NCBI GenBank assembly: GCA_051362555.1
Contig: CM120640.1
Coordinates: 29,841,967-29,905,966 of the forward strand
DNA: 64,000 nt
Origin: Lingula anatina
Taxonomy: Eukaryota; Animalia; Brachiopoda
Direction: 5' to 3'
A program made the translations under genes and the position numbers. Shown piece after piece: positions 44,252 through 54,209 of this stretch. The number at the start of each line of letters is the position of its first letter. The first letter of the stretch is position 1. The notes under the pieces were generated by a model, which saw nothing but the letters and a program-made list of their open reading frames with translations, was not told the origin of the DNA and ran no database searches.

Positions 44252-44535
44252 CCATAATTGTCCTCTGGAAAACAATATATACTCATTTAAGACATCTCCT
44301 TACTACCAATACCAGATGCAGATTCCTCCTTACAATTTGTTTTTGGAATTGGGGTTTAGCACACCATTTGACAATGTCCCAAAGCTTGCCTACCATCTAT
44401 TGTAGACATGGATGACACAATCCATTGCTCTTGCTATTGTCTTTTGCTGCCTGTTTTTTCTATAGGAATTGGCCATGACCAGACAGGAAGTATCAGTTCA
44501 CCAAAAAAGCCCCCACGCTGTATGGAAAAGGTCAC
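44252..44535 (-). other. Diverged terminal copy of the exon-like cassette (284 bp)
   Basis: Many substitutions plus a 1-bp insertion and a 3-bp deletion relative to the other copies. The acceptor (acatttctcttccag) and donor (gtaatt) are retained. Confidence 0.5.
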
Positions 44536-44725
44536 CTGGAAGAGAAATGTACAATGTATTTAAAAAAAAAAATGGAAATTAAATTTTAAAAAGTGATAAA
44601 TTTATCAGACTAAAATAGCTAAACATTAATAATTTTGATAAAGTTGGATTTAAAAGTTGATTGTGTCTAATGGAAAGGCTCATCTGGAAAACGAACAGTA
44701 AGTTTGAAAAAAAGTGAAAATATCG

Positions 44726-44849
44726 CCAGTTTTCGAGATATAAGGGATAAAAAATTTGCAAAGCTCAGTTCATGGTGAAAATTAGGTCAAAGGTCAATTT
44801 CAGGATCACAGTTAGATTGGCAGTATATGACATCCTATTCAAGTTCAAT
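44726..44849 (+). mobile_element. Fragment of an interspersed repeat with an aggtcaaaggtcaa...atatgac.tcct motif (non-autonomous, possibly Helitron/Helentron-like)
   Basis: About 120 bp homologous to 45457-45577 and, inverted, to 61921-62023. The family name is recalled from similar invertebrate repeats and is not verified. Confidence 0.55.
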
Positions 44850-45435
44850 GAGGGTAAGAAATACTCCCCCTTAATCACCAATCACGAAAAATTAAAACAG
44901 GTCAATCACCAATCACGAAGATATATTCAGGACAATCATCAATCACGAGGAATTAAAAGCTTTCGCCATTCATCAAGATAGAAATTTGCTGTACTTGCAG
45001 GAATGCAAAGAATTCATAACATTCCCAGAATAATTAATTTCGTATGTTGAATGACATGAATCGTCTGTTTAGAGATATTCAGCCATTCTTATTGGTCAGG
45101 ATTCCCGTGACAGAGACTAAGGCGATGATATACGAATAGAACAGGAAAGTAGCAAACTACTCACATTTCCACTTTTCTACCTGCCTTGTTTGAAGAGTTT
45201 GTTGAATTTATCTCCAGTGAATGATCGCCCTACAATCATGATACAAAGTTTGGGACTTTCTAGAACAAATTCCTCTAATGCTAATTAAACATTTTTACGA
45301 ATCACGTTGATGAATTCATACCAATTAATAACGCGGAACAAAGAAGTTCCTGAATCATGTTTCATGCAGAATACTGCGCTCCAATAATGTACCACGCTCG
45401 AAAAATAAGGCCAGTCATGTGTAACGCAAAAGGTA
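44850..45435. mobile_element. Probable non-autonomous element fragment rich in aatcacg/aatcacc motifs
   Basis: Starts abruptly where the preceding repeat breaks off. Clustered aatcac(g/c) subrepeats at 44874-44947, with related motifs toward 45300-45425. No TSD seen. Confidence 0.4.
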
Positions 45436-45456
45436 TTAATTATGTGTGTATCTTTG

Positions 45457-45800
45457 CCAGTTTTGGAGACATGAAGATTGGAAAACTTGCAAAGTGCAGT
45501 TCATAATGAAAAGTAGGTCAAAGGTCAATTTTAAGGTCACAGTTAGATTACCAGTATATGACTTCCTTAGTTCAATAGTAACTATGGGCATATCTCTGCT
45601 AATTTTGGAATAATTCACATTTCATTTTCACCACTGAATATTGCAACTTTGTATTTTTTTATATAGTGCAATGAAAAAACCACGTCGAAAACAAAAAAAA
45701 AGGACACCACCTCCAGTATTACATTTGACAAGCTCTACAAAAAATGCAAAAAACAAAAGGTCTCTAGCTTTTACGGTTCCAGAATTAGAGAGAGTTTTCA
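45457..45800 (+). mobile_element. Longer copy of the aggtcaaaggtcaa interspersed repeat
   Basis: aggtcaaaggtcaattttaaggtcacagttagattaccagtatatgacttccttagttcaatagtaactatgggcatatctctg is homologous to 44726-44849 and 61921-62023. Right boundary approximate. Confidence 0.55.
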
Positions 45801-46181
45801 GTTTCCGTATCTAATGATTGCTTCTCCCATGAAAATGCACCGATTAACCCCAAACTCCCAAAGGGAAAGGAGTTGCTGATTGTAATCCCTCACTATAATA
45901 TGACAGCTTAGGTCTGTGTAGTTTCTGAAAATTGGTACAAACAATTGATCATCAGCTGAGTTTATTTTTCCAAATGAAAGTCATTGACATAGGAACTGTA
46001 AAGGTAAAAGTCAGGCTCTAAGTTTATTTATGATAACTATGTCACTTATTAAATTTAGTGCTAATGATTTAACTTACGGTACTTTTCAAAAGTTTTAAGT
46101 TTTTGCTATAACATACCGAAACAAACAAGAAGTATAGCTTTCAGTTTAAGGTTGACAAAAATAGTTTTCTGTTATTAATTT

Positions 46182-47221
46182 ATGCAAATTAAACATGACT
46201 TCCAGCCAGTTGTGGATAGCTGCAAAATGGACTTGAAGGTCATTAAAGATGGATCTGTGCATCTAGACCAACCAACCTTTAGCAAACAATTAGAGGAGCA
46301 CCTTATTGGAGCTACTTTCAAAGTGAACCATGTGGTTGCACACTCAAAGTACAAGACTGAGGTTACTAAAAGGGATTCCATCCAAGCTATGCTTGATAAT
46401 CTTGACAAAAGTTAATTAATATTTTGATTTTAAACCCATATGATATTAATTGATTTCCCCAATACATTACAAGTTGTGCCATTAAAGATTATGAGTTTTC
46501 TTCAATTATTCATTCCTTTTAAGTACTCGCTTTGATTTATAACAAATTTAATGACTTTTTCAATTATAGCCAAATATTATTATGTATAATTATTTTTAAA
46601 TCAATAATTTAATTTTTCTTTTTATTAAAAAGAAGTTTTTACTCTGTGTGCATCTTAGAATTTAGTTCTTTACTGTATTATTCCCAGATTCCCTGACCAG
46701 GAGCTGATGTCCTCTTTCTGTGTTTTGGGGATGAAGCCCATTTTTCTATCTACTCGGTCAAGATGAGCTGCAGTGTTGGGGGGATGAATCCATGGAAATG
46801 CTGACATCTCACTTTGGGGAGAAAATGCACACAAAGAAATCAAAGGAATCTGTGTCCAAGACCCTTATTGATGCTCAAGAGGTGAAGTAAGAATGGAGAA
46901 TTGTAAAAATTGATCTACTCACTCAGTGTTACCCAAGGCATTCAACTGCAAAACTCTGGGAATTGATAGCTACTGATCATAAGGAACAATTTCCAAATTT
47001 CATAATGTTAGCCTCTTTGGCACTGGCACATCCAGTGCACACAGCGGATTGGAAAAAAATTAATTACAACTGCACTAAGAAATAGACTCAATCCAGAGAA
47101 AATTGATGCACTCTGACTCATGACAATAAAAATAGAAGGAAGGGATTACTTTGATTTTGTTAGTTGTCTCAAAAAATGGAGGCAAAAATAGCAGAGGGTG
47201 ATTTTCCACAATCATAAGTAA
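46182..47221 (+). pseudogene. Decayed hAT-superfamily transposase C-terminus (ZNF862-like, hATC dimerisation region) with one intron
   Basis: The first segment ends IQAMLDNLDK(R). After an AT-rich intron (~46412-46687, ending ttcccag) it continues FPDQELMSSFCVL...EW..VK...LWELIATDHKEQFPNFIMLASLALAHPVHTAD[CERxFS missing]...LRNRLNPEKIDAL...IEG...FDF...KKW. Contains several stops and frameshifts. Confidence 0.88.
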
Positions 47222-47458
47222 ACTGACTTTGCTTTTAAGAGACAGTGCATGAGAATTAAACTGTTGTTTCTGTCAATAAAACAGGCCCTCCTGATATGGA
47301 TGTGGTTTGAAACATCACTACAGGTTTTATTGATATTAAAGAGAAAAAAAAATCAGATTGAATAAAAAAAAAAAGAATAAAGCACCAAATCAATATGTAA
47401 TTTACCTCTAGTATTACAATATTGAAGACCATCAAATGTATTAAAACATGATTACCAA

Positions 47459-47508
47459 AAAAATCCCACTCATAGGCAAAAATCCCACTGCTTCATTTCC
47501 AGTGGGAT
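47459..47508. repeat. Subterminal-type repeats (aaaaatcccact x2 plus inverted agtgggat), probably the 3' end of the hAT element
   Basis: Direct copies at 47459-47470 and 47478-47489, inverted partial copy at 47501-47508, ~240 bp downstream of the transposase remnant. Confidence 0.5.
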
Positions 47509-48342
47509 AAAATATCGCTGCATTTAGCATAGTTACACTCCTCACATATGTATATATTTGACATGAGGATCACAATGGAAGGGCAGCATTAACCCTCTTT
47601 GCCATCCAAAGGCACTTGTGATGACACAAAAACGTAAATTTAACTGATGGTTTAAAAAGTATAAATTTACGAAAATCTTATACCTGTAACACAATAGAAA
47701 AATATTATTTAAGCTATATTTTGGTAAATTTCATATTGATCATTAAATTTGAAAAAAAAGGTTCCTTTATTAGTGCAATCTTTGCCATAAACTTTTCAGT
47801 TTTCTGGCCAATGCATTGGACCACCAGTTTCCTAAAATCTACTGCATTTACTGAGGTCCAAGTAAATTTTTGAATAGACTAGACATTTTCAACTATTGCA
47901 TTACTATTTGTAATAACAAGACAATGATTCTGTCAAATTTCTTTTTAGAATCATCATATAACAGTTATATTGAATAAAAAATTAGATCAAAAGTCACCTA
48001 TCTGGCACATACCTAGTGTCATTATTATTTTCTTAGTCTCTTCACGTAGCCAATGCCAGCTTGCAAGGTCTATAATTATACATGGCACTGGGCTGCAATA
48101 CTGAACAACCTATTTTCTTCTGTGAAAACTAGGCAATGTGTGTGACAGTAGATGATCTATTTTACTGGCCAGTCATTTTAAACTAAAAACGGAATAAACA
48201 TACAATCCAAGTGTAGAACGGGTCAAGCAGCAGTTAGTGAGTAGGAGAAAATTGCTCCTTACCCCAGGAAAATTCATGGGGGGGGGGGTTAGATCCGGTG
48301 GAGAACTTCTTTAACTACGAGCAATAAGTTGAACAAATACCA

Positions 48343-48347
48343 TGGGC

Positions 48348-48380
<33 letters not shown>

Positions 48381-49365
48381 TGACACAATACATCAAGAAA
48401 ACATGACAATACAAATACAAACAAACAGACACTCGCTCACACACTCACACATAAGAGATGTTATACTATATAACACTTTTTAGTTAATTACATCGTCGTA
48501 CGCTAAATCTTCAAATTGAAAATAACTTAATTATATTTGAATTGTACTGACAGATTGACTTATCTGTTTTCACCAGATATCTAAACGATGAAATCAAACC
48601 TCCTAATGTTGGTTTACCCTGTGAACATCTTCTTAAATAAATATAAAATTTAATTTGCAACATAATGAGATTAATAATTGGAGAGAGGCTCGTAGAGCTG
48701 ACTAAGCAATTCCTTTTTGAGACAGGTAGAGTAACTTGAGTATTAGATAATATATATTCTACCAAATCGGTCAATAATTTTTGGGTAACCGCACAATTCC
48801 AGAATAAATGCTCAGTTGTTTCTTCAGCTCCTTTGCAAAGGGAACATATACTGCTATCGACCATTTTATATTTGAAAAGCAGTGAATTTGTGGTAAGGAT
48901 ATTATGATTAATTCAAAATTGGAACCAGTGAAGCTTTGAATCTTTTGTTATTGTGAAAGGAAGTTCGAAAATCTTCGGGCATTCATTTTCCTCCAAATTT
49001 AACAACTCCTTCCATTTATTCATACCTTTTGACATCTCAAGAACACCTACTTTACTTAAAGTTTTATAATAAATCTTTGAGCCTTTTGAACAACCTGACA
49101 GCAACAATATATGATCAGGAATTAAAGGAGTGGCAATTTTACTTAATTTTTCAGGAATACCACCAAGCCATTCTTTTATGGCTGAGATAATTCCATGGTA
49201 TTCGACAAAATTTGTGTCAATACCGTGGATTTCCCTGAACTCAGTGAAGTCAGAGTCCAGGAGTAAATCATTAACAAATCTAATGTTTTTGTCGTACCAC
49301 GATGTATAGAAGACAGGTTTATTTCCAATAAGTATATTTTCATTTAGAAAGAGTGGGCAGTTTTT
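48343..49365 (-). mobile_element. 5'-truncated non-LTR retrotransposon (L1/Tx1-type ORF2 C-terminus with zf-RVT), with poly(A) tail and 12-bp TSD
   Basis: A single frame 49353-48511 reads LFLNENILIGNKPVFYTSWYDKNIRFVNDLL...TKDSKLHWFQF*INHNILTTNSLLFKYKMVDSSICSLCKGAEETTEHLFWNC. Poly-T at 48350-48378 with a fused AATAAA on the minus strand. TSD tgggcagttttt at 48343-48354 and 49354-49365. Confidence 0.93.
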
Positions 49366-49783
49366 AAATAATGTGACTTTTAAAAAGTTTGAATCAATTG
49401 CAGCTACACAGTGTTACATTCATGACATTTGGGCTATATTTTCAAATTTTCACTTTTACTTTTTTTTTAATAAGCTTTTTTCTTTTTTTTTTTTTTTTTT
49501 TGCAGTTATGAACAATCTTATTGAGAGATAAAACAGTGTTATAAGTTTTAAATTGCAGCAATTTTTACAAAATTTCTAAAATTTCATTCAAAAATTTTAA
49601 AATAGCCCATAAGGCTATATTTGACAATCATGCAGCAACAGATGGGTATCCATGGGACTTATGTTACTATGGAAACACATTATAAGAAAACCAGATATAA
49701 TTAAAGTTTTCTAGGCATGTGATTTCCTGTTTTTCCACTCACATATATATATTATATACCTGATCCCGCCAGGTGTCTAATAA

Positions 49784-49841
49784 CAGAGATGCCCACCTCT
49801 AGAAATCTAAAATCTGGAGATTCTAAAATTTTGCTCAATAA

Positions 49842-49881
<40 letters not shown>

Positions 49882-50126
49882 GCTGCTGCCGTTGTGATCA
49901 GGTGCTCAGTGGGGGGTGGGGTGGGGACCCCTATCTCAAACTATGAAGTTTTCAAAACATCACCCAACTATTCTGAAAATAAATCCACAGGGCGTTAGCT
50001 GACAGTGGTGCAAAATTTCAAAGTCGCTTTTATCTGGGAGATTTGGTTACCTGTACGGGTGACGGGGAGATTCGTTCTGTATCCGGGAGACTCCCAGATT
50101 ATCCGGGGGGAGAGTCGACATGTATA
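49784..50126. mobile_element. Putative MITE (hAT-like ends) with an internal G39 tract
   Basis: Degenerate TIRs cagagatgcccac / gtcgacatgtata (8 of 13 match). Repeated (g)ggaga(t/c)t motifs near both ends. Poly-G at 49842-49880. Confidence 0.5.
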
Positions 50127-51292
50127 CAACAAGCCCATATGAATGTCTCCCAGACGACTTTGACTTCAGGAAAACTTGGATGACTGAACACCGTTTTGTG
50201 TTGATTAGATCTATGCTTCTGTAGAAACCGAATGAAAGACACGAATGAAGATAAGATTTGTTATCACAAACCAGAAGTCTTAGAGAATTTATCAGAAGGG
50301 AAGCAAAGTCTTTATTATTATACTTACCCAATAAACATGCACTCCTCTTCGATTGTGTTAACAAATAACTTGCAAAACTACATGTATTCCGCGCTTTCCA
50401 ATCCCGAAAAATCTTCACTGAATCTTTGAAAATGTAAGGCGAGGTGCCAGTGGCGATTGAATGGGAAAGATGGCATTTTGTTACGTAGTAAATAATCCTA
50501 GATATATATTCCATAACGTGCGAAATGCTTGAAAATAGTATTCCGATACGAAAGAACAAGTCTGTTGGTGAAAAAAAGACCGCAGTGAAAACGCAATCAA
50601 CATATCTGTCACAACTATCACACTATATCGGAGGAGAAACGGGGCACATCAGGCGCATCCCAGTTCAAGATATTTCGGCCAAGAGTCTAGATCTTTTGAT
50701 TTGAAGTTCAAATATAAATTGATGATATATTGGTTGAAAAGAATTTGATTTTATAAGCATTGTTCATTATTTAAAAGAAAGGAAGTTTTTTGCAAACGGT
50801 AGGCCTATATGTAGGCCCTATCTGTCTTGTTTGAGTTCTATAGGCCTACTCTGGTACAGTAGTTGACACCCTCCATGGACTAGTGTAGCCTACGGCAGTT
50901 TGGCAGAATTATTAAACCCCATTCTACCTCTCAATTAGATATTGTCTTGATTTAATTTGGTTAGATAAGAAAAGGAAGACAGAATGTGGCCCTCAATGTT
51001 CTAGGTCATTTCTGAACTAAGGGTGGAGCCTGGAGAGCTATAACAAGGCCATCAAATATCAATAACGTTCAGCAGACGAGAACAATCGGCGCTCTAGCCA
51101 ATCGTTGCATTTTCCTAAATTAAAAAACAAACAAACAAAAAAAACATCTGCTTGAGAAAATTAAGAAATTTTTACAGAATTTGGCGTTAATACAAAAAAA
51201 TTCAGCAGGCAATAGCCGAACTTTCTCCATTCATGGTACACACAGCTGTACTCACCTAGTGTAGAAATGGAATATACAACTATATACCTCAC

Positions 51293-51376
51293 GGGGAGAA
51301 GGCCGTGGGGAGGGGCAGGGACATGGAGAAGGCCGTGGGGAGGGGAAGGGATGTGGAGAAGGCCGTGGATGGGGGG
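51293..51376. repeat. G-rich 30-bp minisatellite, about 2.7 copies
   Basis: ggagaaggccgtgg recurs at 51295, 51325 and 51355. Confidence 0.85.
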
Positions 51377-51850
51377 CAAAAATGAAATTAGAAAAAAAGA
51401 TGATAAATTTCGGAGCTTGTTTATTTCTGTCTGGGGCAGTGGTAAAACAATTAAAACTTCCAGTAATTTCATCAAAGAGATACCTGCAGAGTGAGGTTAT
51501 CTGCTTACCCACCACCTGGAGATAGAATTTTATTAAAAGCAGGCATTTATAATTTTTTCTCAATATGACATTTTCATTTTCATTATTATATTCATTACAG
51601 GGGAGATTGTCCGGGGGGGGGGGGGGGGAGGGGGGCGTCCTGATACCTGGCTAGATATTTGATCTCTAAGATTATCTAAAGACCAAGATGAATAAGAAAA
51701 TTTGAAGCTTTTCTTTTAATTATCCATCAACGAAATTGCTTTGGGAAGAGGTTTAAGAAATTCAAGTTGACTTATCAACTCTATCATTTATGGCAGCAGT
51801 TTCAATAAAATTTTGTTTGGGACTTCCAGGCCTTATAAACGGATCAGGTG

Positions 51851-52061
51851 TTTACTGACACTAGCTGCAGATCTTTAGTACTAACGCCTATATTAACCAC
51901 AAAACCCACGAATTAGCCAACGCACCACACAGTTATTTAGCACCAACGAAGCAAAACCTATAGCACTAACATTCATCCGCTCTGGTAGTGTTGGATAATT
52001 TGTATGTTTTGTGGTTTAAATGGGTGTTAGAGCTAAAAGATCAGCGGGTAGTGTTAGTAAA
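51851..52061. repeat. Long imperfect inverted repeat (foldback/MITE-like), ~80-bp arms
   Basis: The left arm tttactgacactagctgcagatctttag...aaccacaaaacccacgaattagccaacg pairs with the right arm tgttggataatttgtatgttttgtggttt...aagatcagcgggtagtgttagtaaa. Confidence 0.8.
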
Positions 52062-52063
52062 AG

Positions 52064-52309
52064 CAGTGGCGGATTTGGAGGGGGGGGGTGTTCTAAAAAA
52101 ATCACAGTAATATTCCCCTCTTGGATTTAGAATATTGACTAGCTGATTTATGGTGTTCAATCGTACCAAATACCAAATGGCACCGTTCGCCCTCTAAAAA
52201 TACCAAAAGTTTTAGGGCCCTTCACCGGGCCTCGAACCCCACGCCATGTAGAAGGGGGGGGTTGATTTCGCGGACCCCCCACCTTCAAATAACCCTGGAT
52301 CCGCCCCTG
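52064..52309 (+). mobile_element. MITE with CAGTGGCGGAT/ATCCGCCCCTG termini
   Basis: 11-bp TIR with one mismatch. The internal core (ttgactagct...aaatggcaccgttcgc...cgaacccc) is shared with 52579-52831 (inverted) and 57960-58148. Confidence 0.8.
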
Positions 52310-52578
52310 TAAAGCTGTCGAAGAGGAAATACGTCGAAGAGAGCCACGGCCCCGGAAGTATAAATTTGACTGAGAGCTGTCTGAAAAAGAAATTTAAAAA
52401 AAACCCAAGTTTTCAGCTCACCTTATCTACACCTAAAGTTGACCAACCATGCCAGGTTAGGAATGGGAGGAAAGAATATAAAATTCGAACACATTTTCAT
52501 TCGCCGCCAGTTTTATCTCGACTGTTTCCATGTACCAGTGAATAACCAGTTATCATGCACGAATGGTAACAGTTTACT

Positions 52579-52831
52579 CAGGGGCTTATGACAGGCCTCA
52601 GATGCGAAGCCGACCCTCGCCCCCTCCTCCATCCCCTATGACGTGGGGTTCGGGGCCCGCTGAAGGGTACCGAAAATTTTTGGTATGTTAGAGGGCGAAC
52701 AGTGCCATTTGCTACGGTCTAGAACTATGATTAAGCTAGTCAAGAGAGGAGTATTGGTGTGGTTTAATATCCAGAAACTGAAGGGGGGGGGGGGGCAGGA
52801 CTCCCCTGAGACCCCCCTAAACAAGCCACTG
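52579..52831 (-). mobile_element. Related MITE in the opposite orientation
   Basis: Termini caggggctt / aagccactg. The segment 52643-52743 is the reverse complement of the core at 52135-52245. Confidence 0.75.
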
Positions 52832-53950
52832 CTCAGGCTGCCTGTGCTGCGGTCTCGGCCTCATTGCGACGACTAGCACAAATCCATGCGTTGTGCTTAC
52901 GGATGGCAGGAAAGGTCTCAAAAAGTGTTAAATTTCGACCAGTTTGCGCTCCCACAAAAAAAAGAAGAAGAAGGAGAAGAAGAAATAGAAGCCTGTCCCT
53001 TCCTGTGTTGACGTGAAAAAAGTGGGCAGGGGGCTTTAAAAACAACTTCATTTCAAGTCTTTGATTAGACCAGCCCGACTTATTCCTATTCACACGTAAT
53101 TGAAATCTGGAGTTTTTATACTTAATTTTTATACTACTAAAAATATATCGCATATTAAAGCTCGAAAGATTGTTAACGCATTGCATAAAATTGTTTTCAG
53201 TTTTAATTTGTCAGTTTTAATTGTGTAGTTTAATTGAAAACAACAGTTTTCACGCACGCTCCTGTCAATATACAGAGACGGGCTACTTATTGCCCCGGCC
53301 CTTTATAAGGAACGAACAAAACCGGTAGTTTTTAATTTTACCTGGTCACTAACATCATTATCTCGGCATTTCTCTCTCCGTAGCTCATGAAAAAGATGGC
53401 AAGGTTTTACTTTTTATACCATTCGTTCTCTAAAGATATTCATCGGGTGTAAAAGAACATGAGTATGATTAAAGTAATATGTTCAGTTCGTATACGAAGT
53501 TCCGATTTCGTACGAGCACCAAAGAAAGGATCATGGAGCAACAAACATCGACAACAACGTTAATTCATGTATAGTCATTTTACATCATATCCAGAAAAAG
53601 AATGACAACTGATTTTTAGTACAATTAAAAACGCCTGTGAAAGAACCCGGGACTCTTTCACGTTGTTAAATTTCAGTCTCTCGGTTGAAATAAAAAAAAA
53701 AAAACGATGTTTTTTAACGCGCTGCAAGAAAAAAACAAAAAAAACAAAAAAAAAAAAAAAAGAAAAGAAAATGCGCTACACCTTCAGAATGTTACGACAT
53801 ATATTGATATAGACAGGAATGTGTCAAATTCAAACAGGCTAATTCAGCTTTGATGAAAAGTGTTAATCGCACACGACTATGAATGACAGTTTTTTTAAAC
53901 AAACGTCAAACACTACACTCTTCTCTCCGAACATGTAAAACCCCCTATAT

Positions 53951-54209
53951 CCTTTGATTGACAAGATGCCAATCAAATTCATTAGTTTTAATAGCTGCCG
54001 TCAAATAATAACAGCTTGATTGGCAGGTTATATAAACAAACGTCAATCACAATCATTACACGGTGGATCACTATAGTCGTCGAACACATTTAGTTCAAGC
54101 TTCCTACACCCTTTGATTGACAAGGTGCCAATCAAATTCAGTTAGTTTTGATAGTTGCTGTCAAAAAATAACAGATCGATTGGCAGGTTATATAAACAAA
54201 CGTCAATCA
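53951..54209 (+). promoter_or_regulatory. Duplicated ~100-bp module with CCAAT/ATTGG, TATATAAA, TAAACAAA and ACGTCA motifs (candidate Pol II promoter)
   Basis: Copies at 53951-54049 and 54110-54209 share an identical 32-mer, gattggcaggttatataaacaaacgtcaatca. The duplication is certain; promoter function is inferred. Confidence 0.35.

Larger units (their letters stand above)
1..44760. repeat. Complex higher-order tandem array: runs of ~194-bp AT-rich satellite monomers alternating with 27 copies of a ~560-bp cassette-bearing segment
   Basis: The cassette recurs 27 times, with spacings of mostly 1139, ~1337, ~1529, ~1724 and ~1917 bp (about 557+194n, n=3-7). Copies are near-identical up to ~43140 and clearly diverged from 43140 to 44760. 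The array is cut by the window start. Confidence 0.97.

Noticed and set aside
1-44760. CRISPR-like repeat/spacer array
   Set aside because: The repeats are ~194 bp, the intervening segments are near-identical rather than unique, there are no cas genes and the context is eukaryotic.
47590-47610. piggyBac-like terminus (ttaaccctcttt)
   Set aside because: No matching opposite TIR/TTAA was found in the window.
49789-49998. Gly-rich ORF
   Set aside because: It arises from the G39 homopolymer inside a MITE.
51161-51563. Three overlapping Pro/Gly-rich ORFs
   Set aside because: They are explained by the 30-bp G-rich minisatellite.
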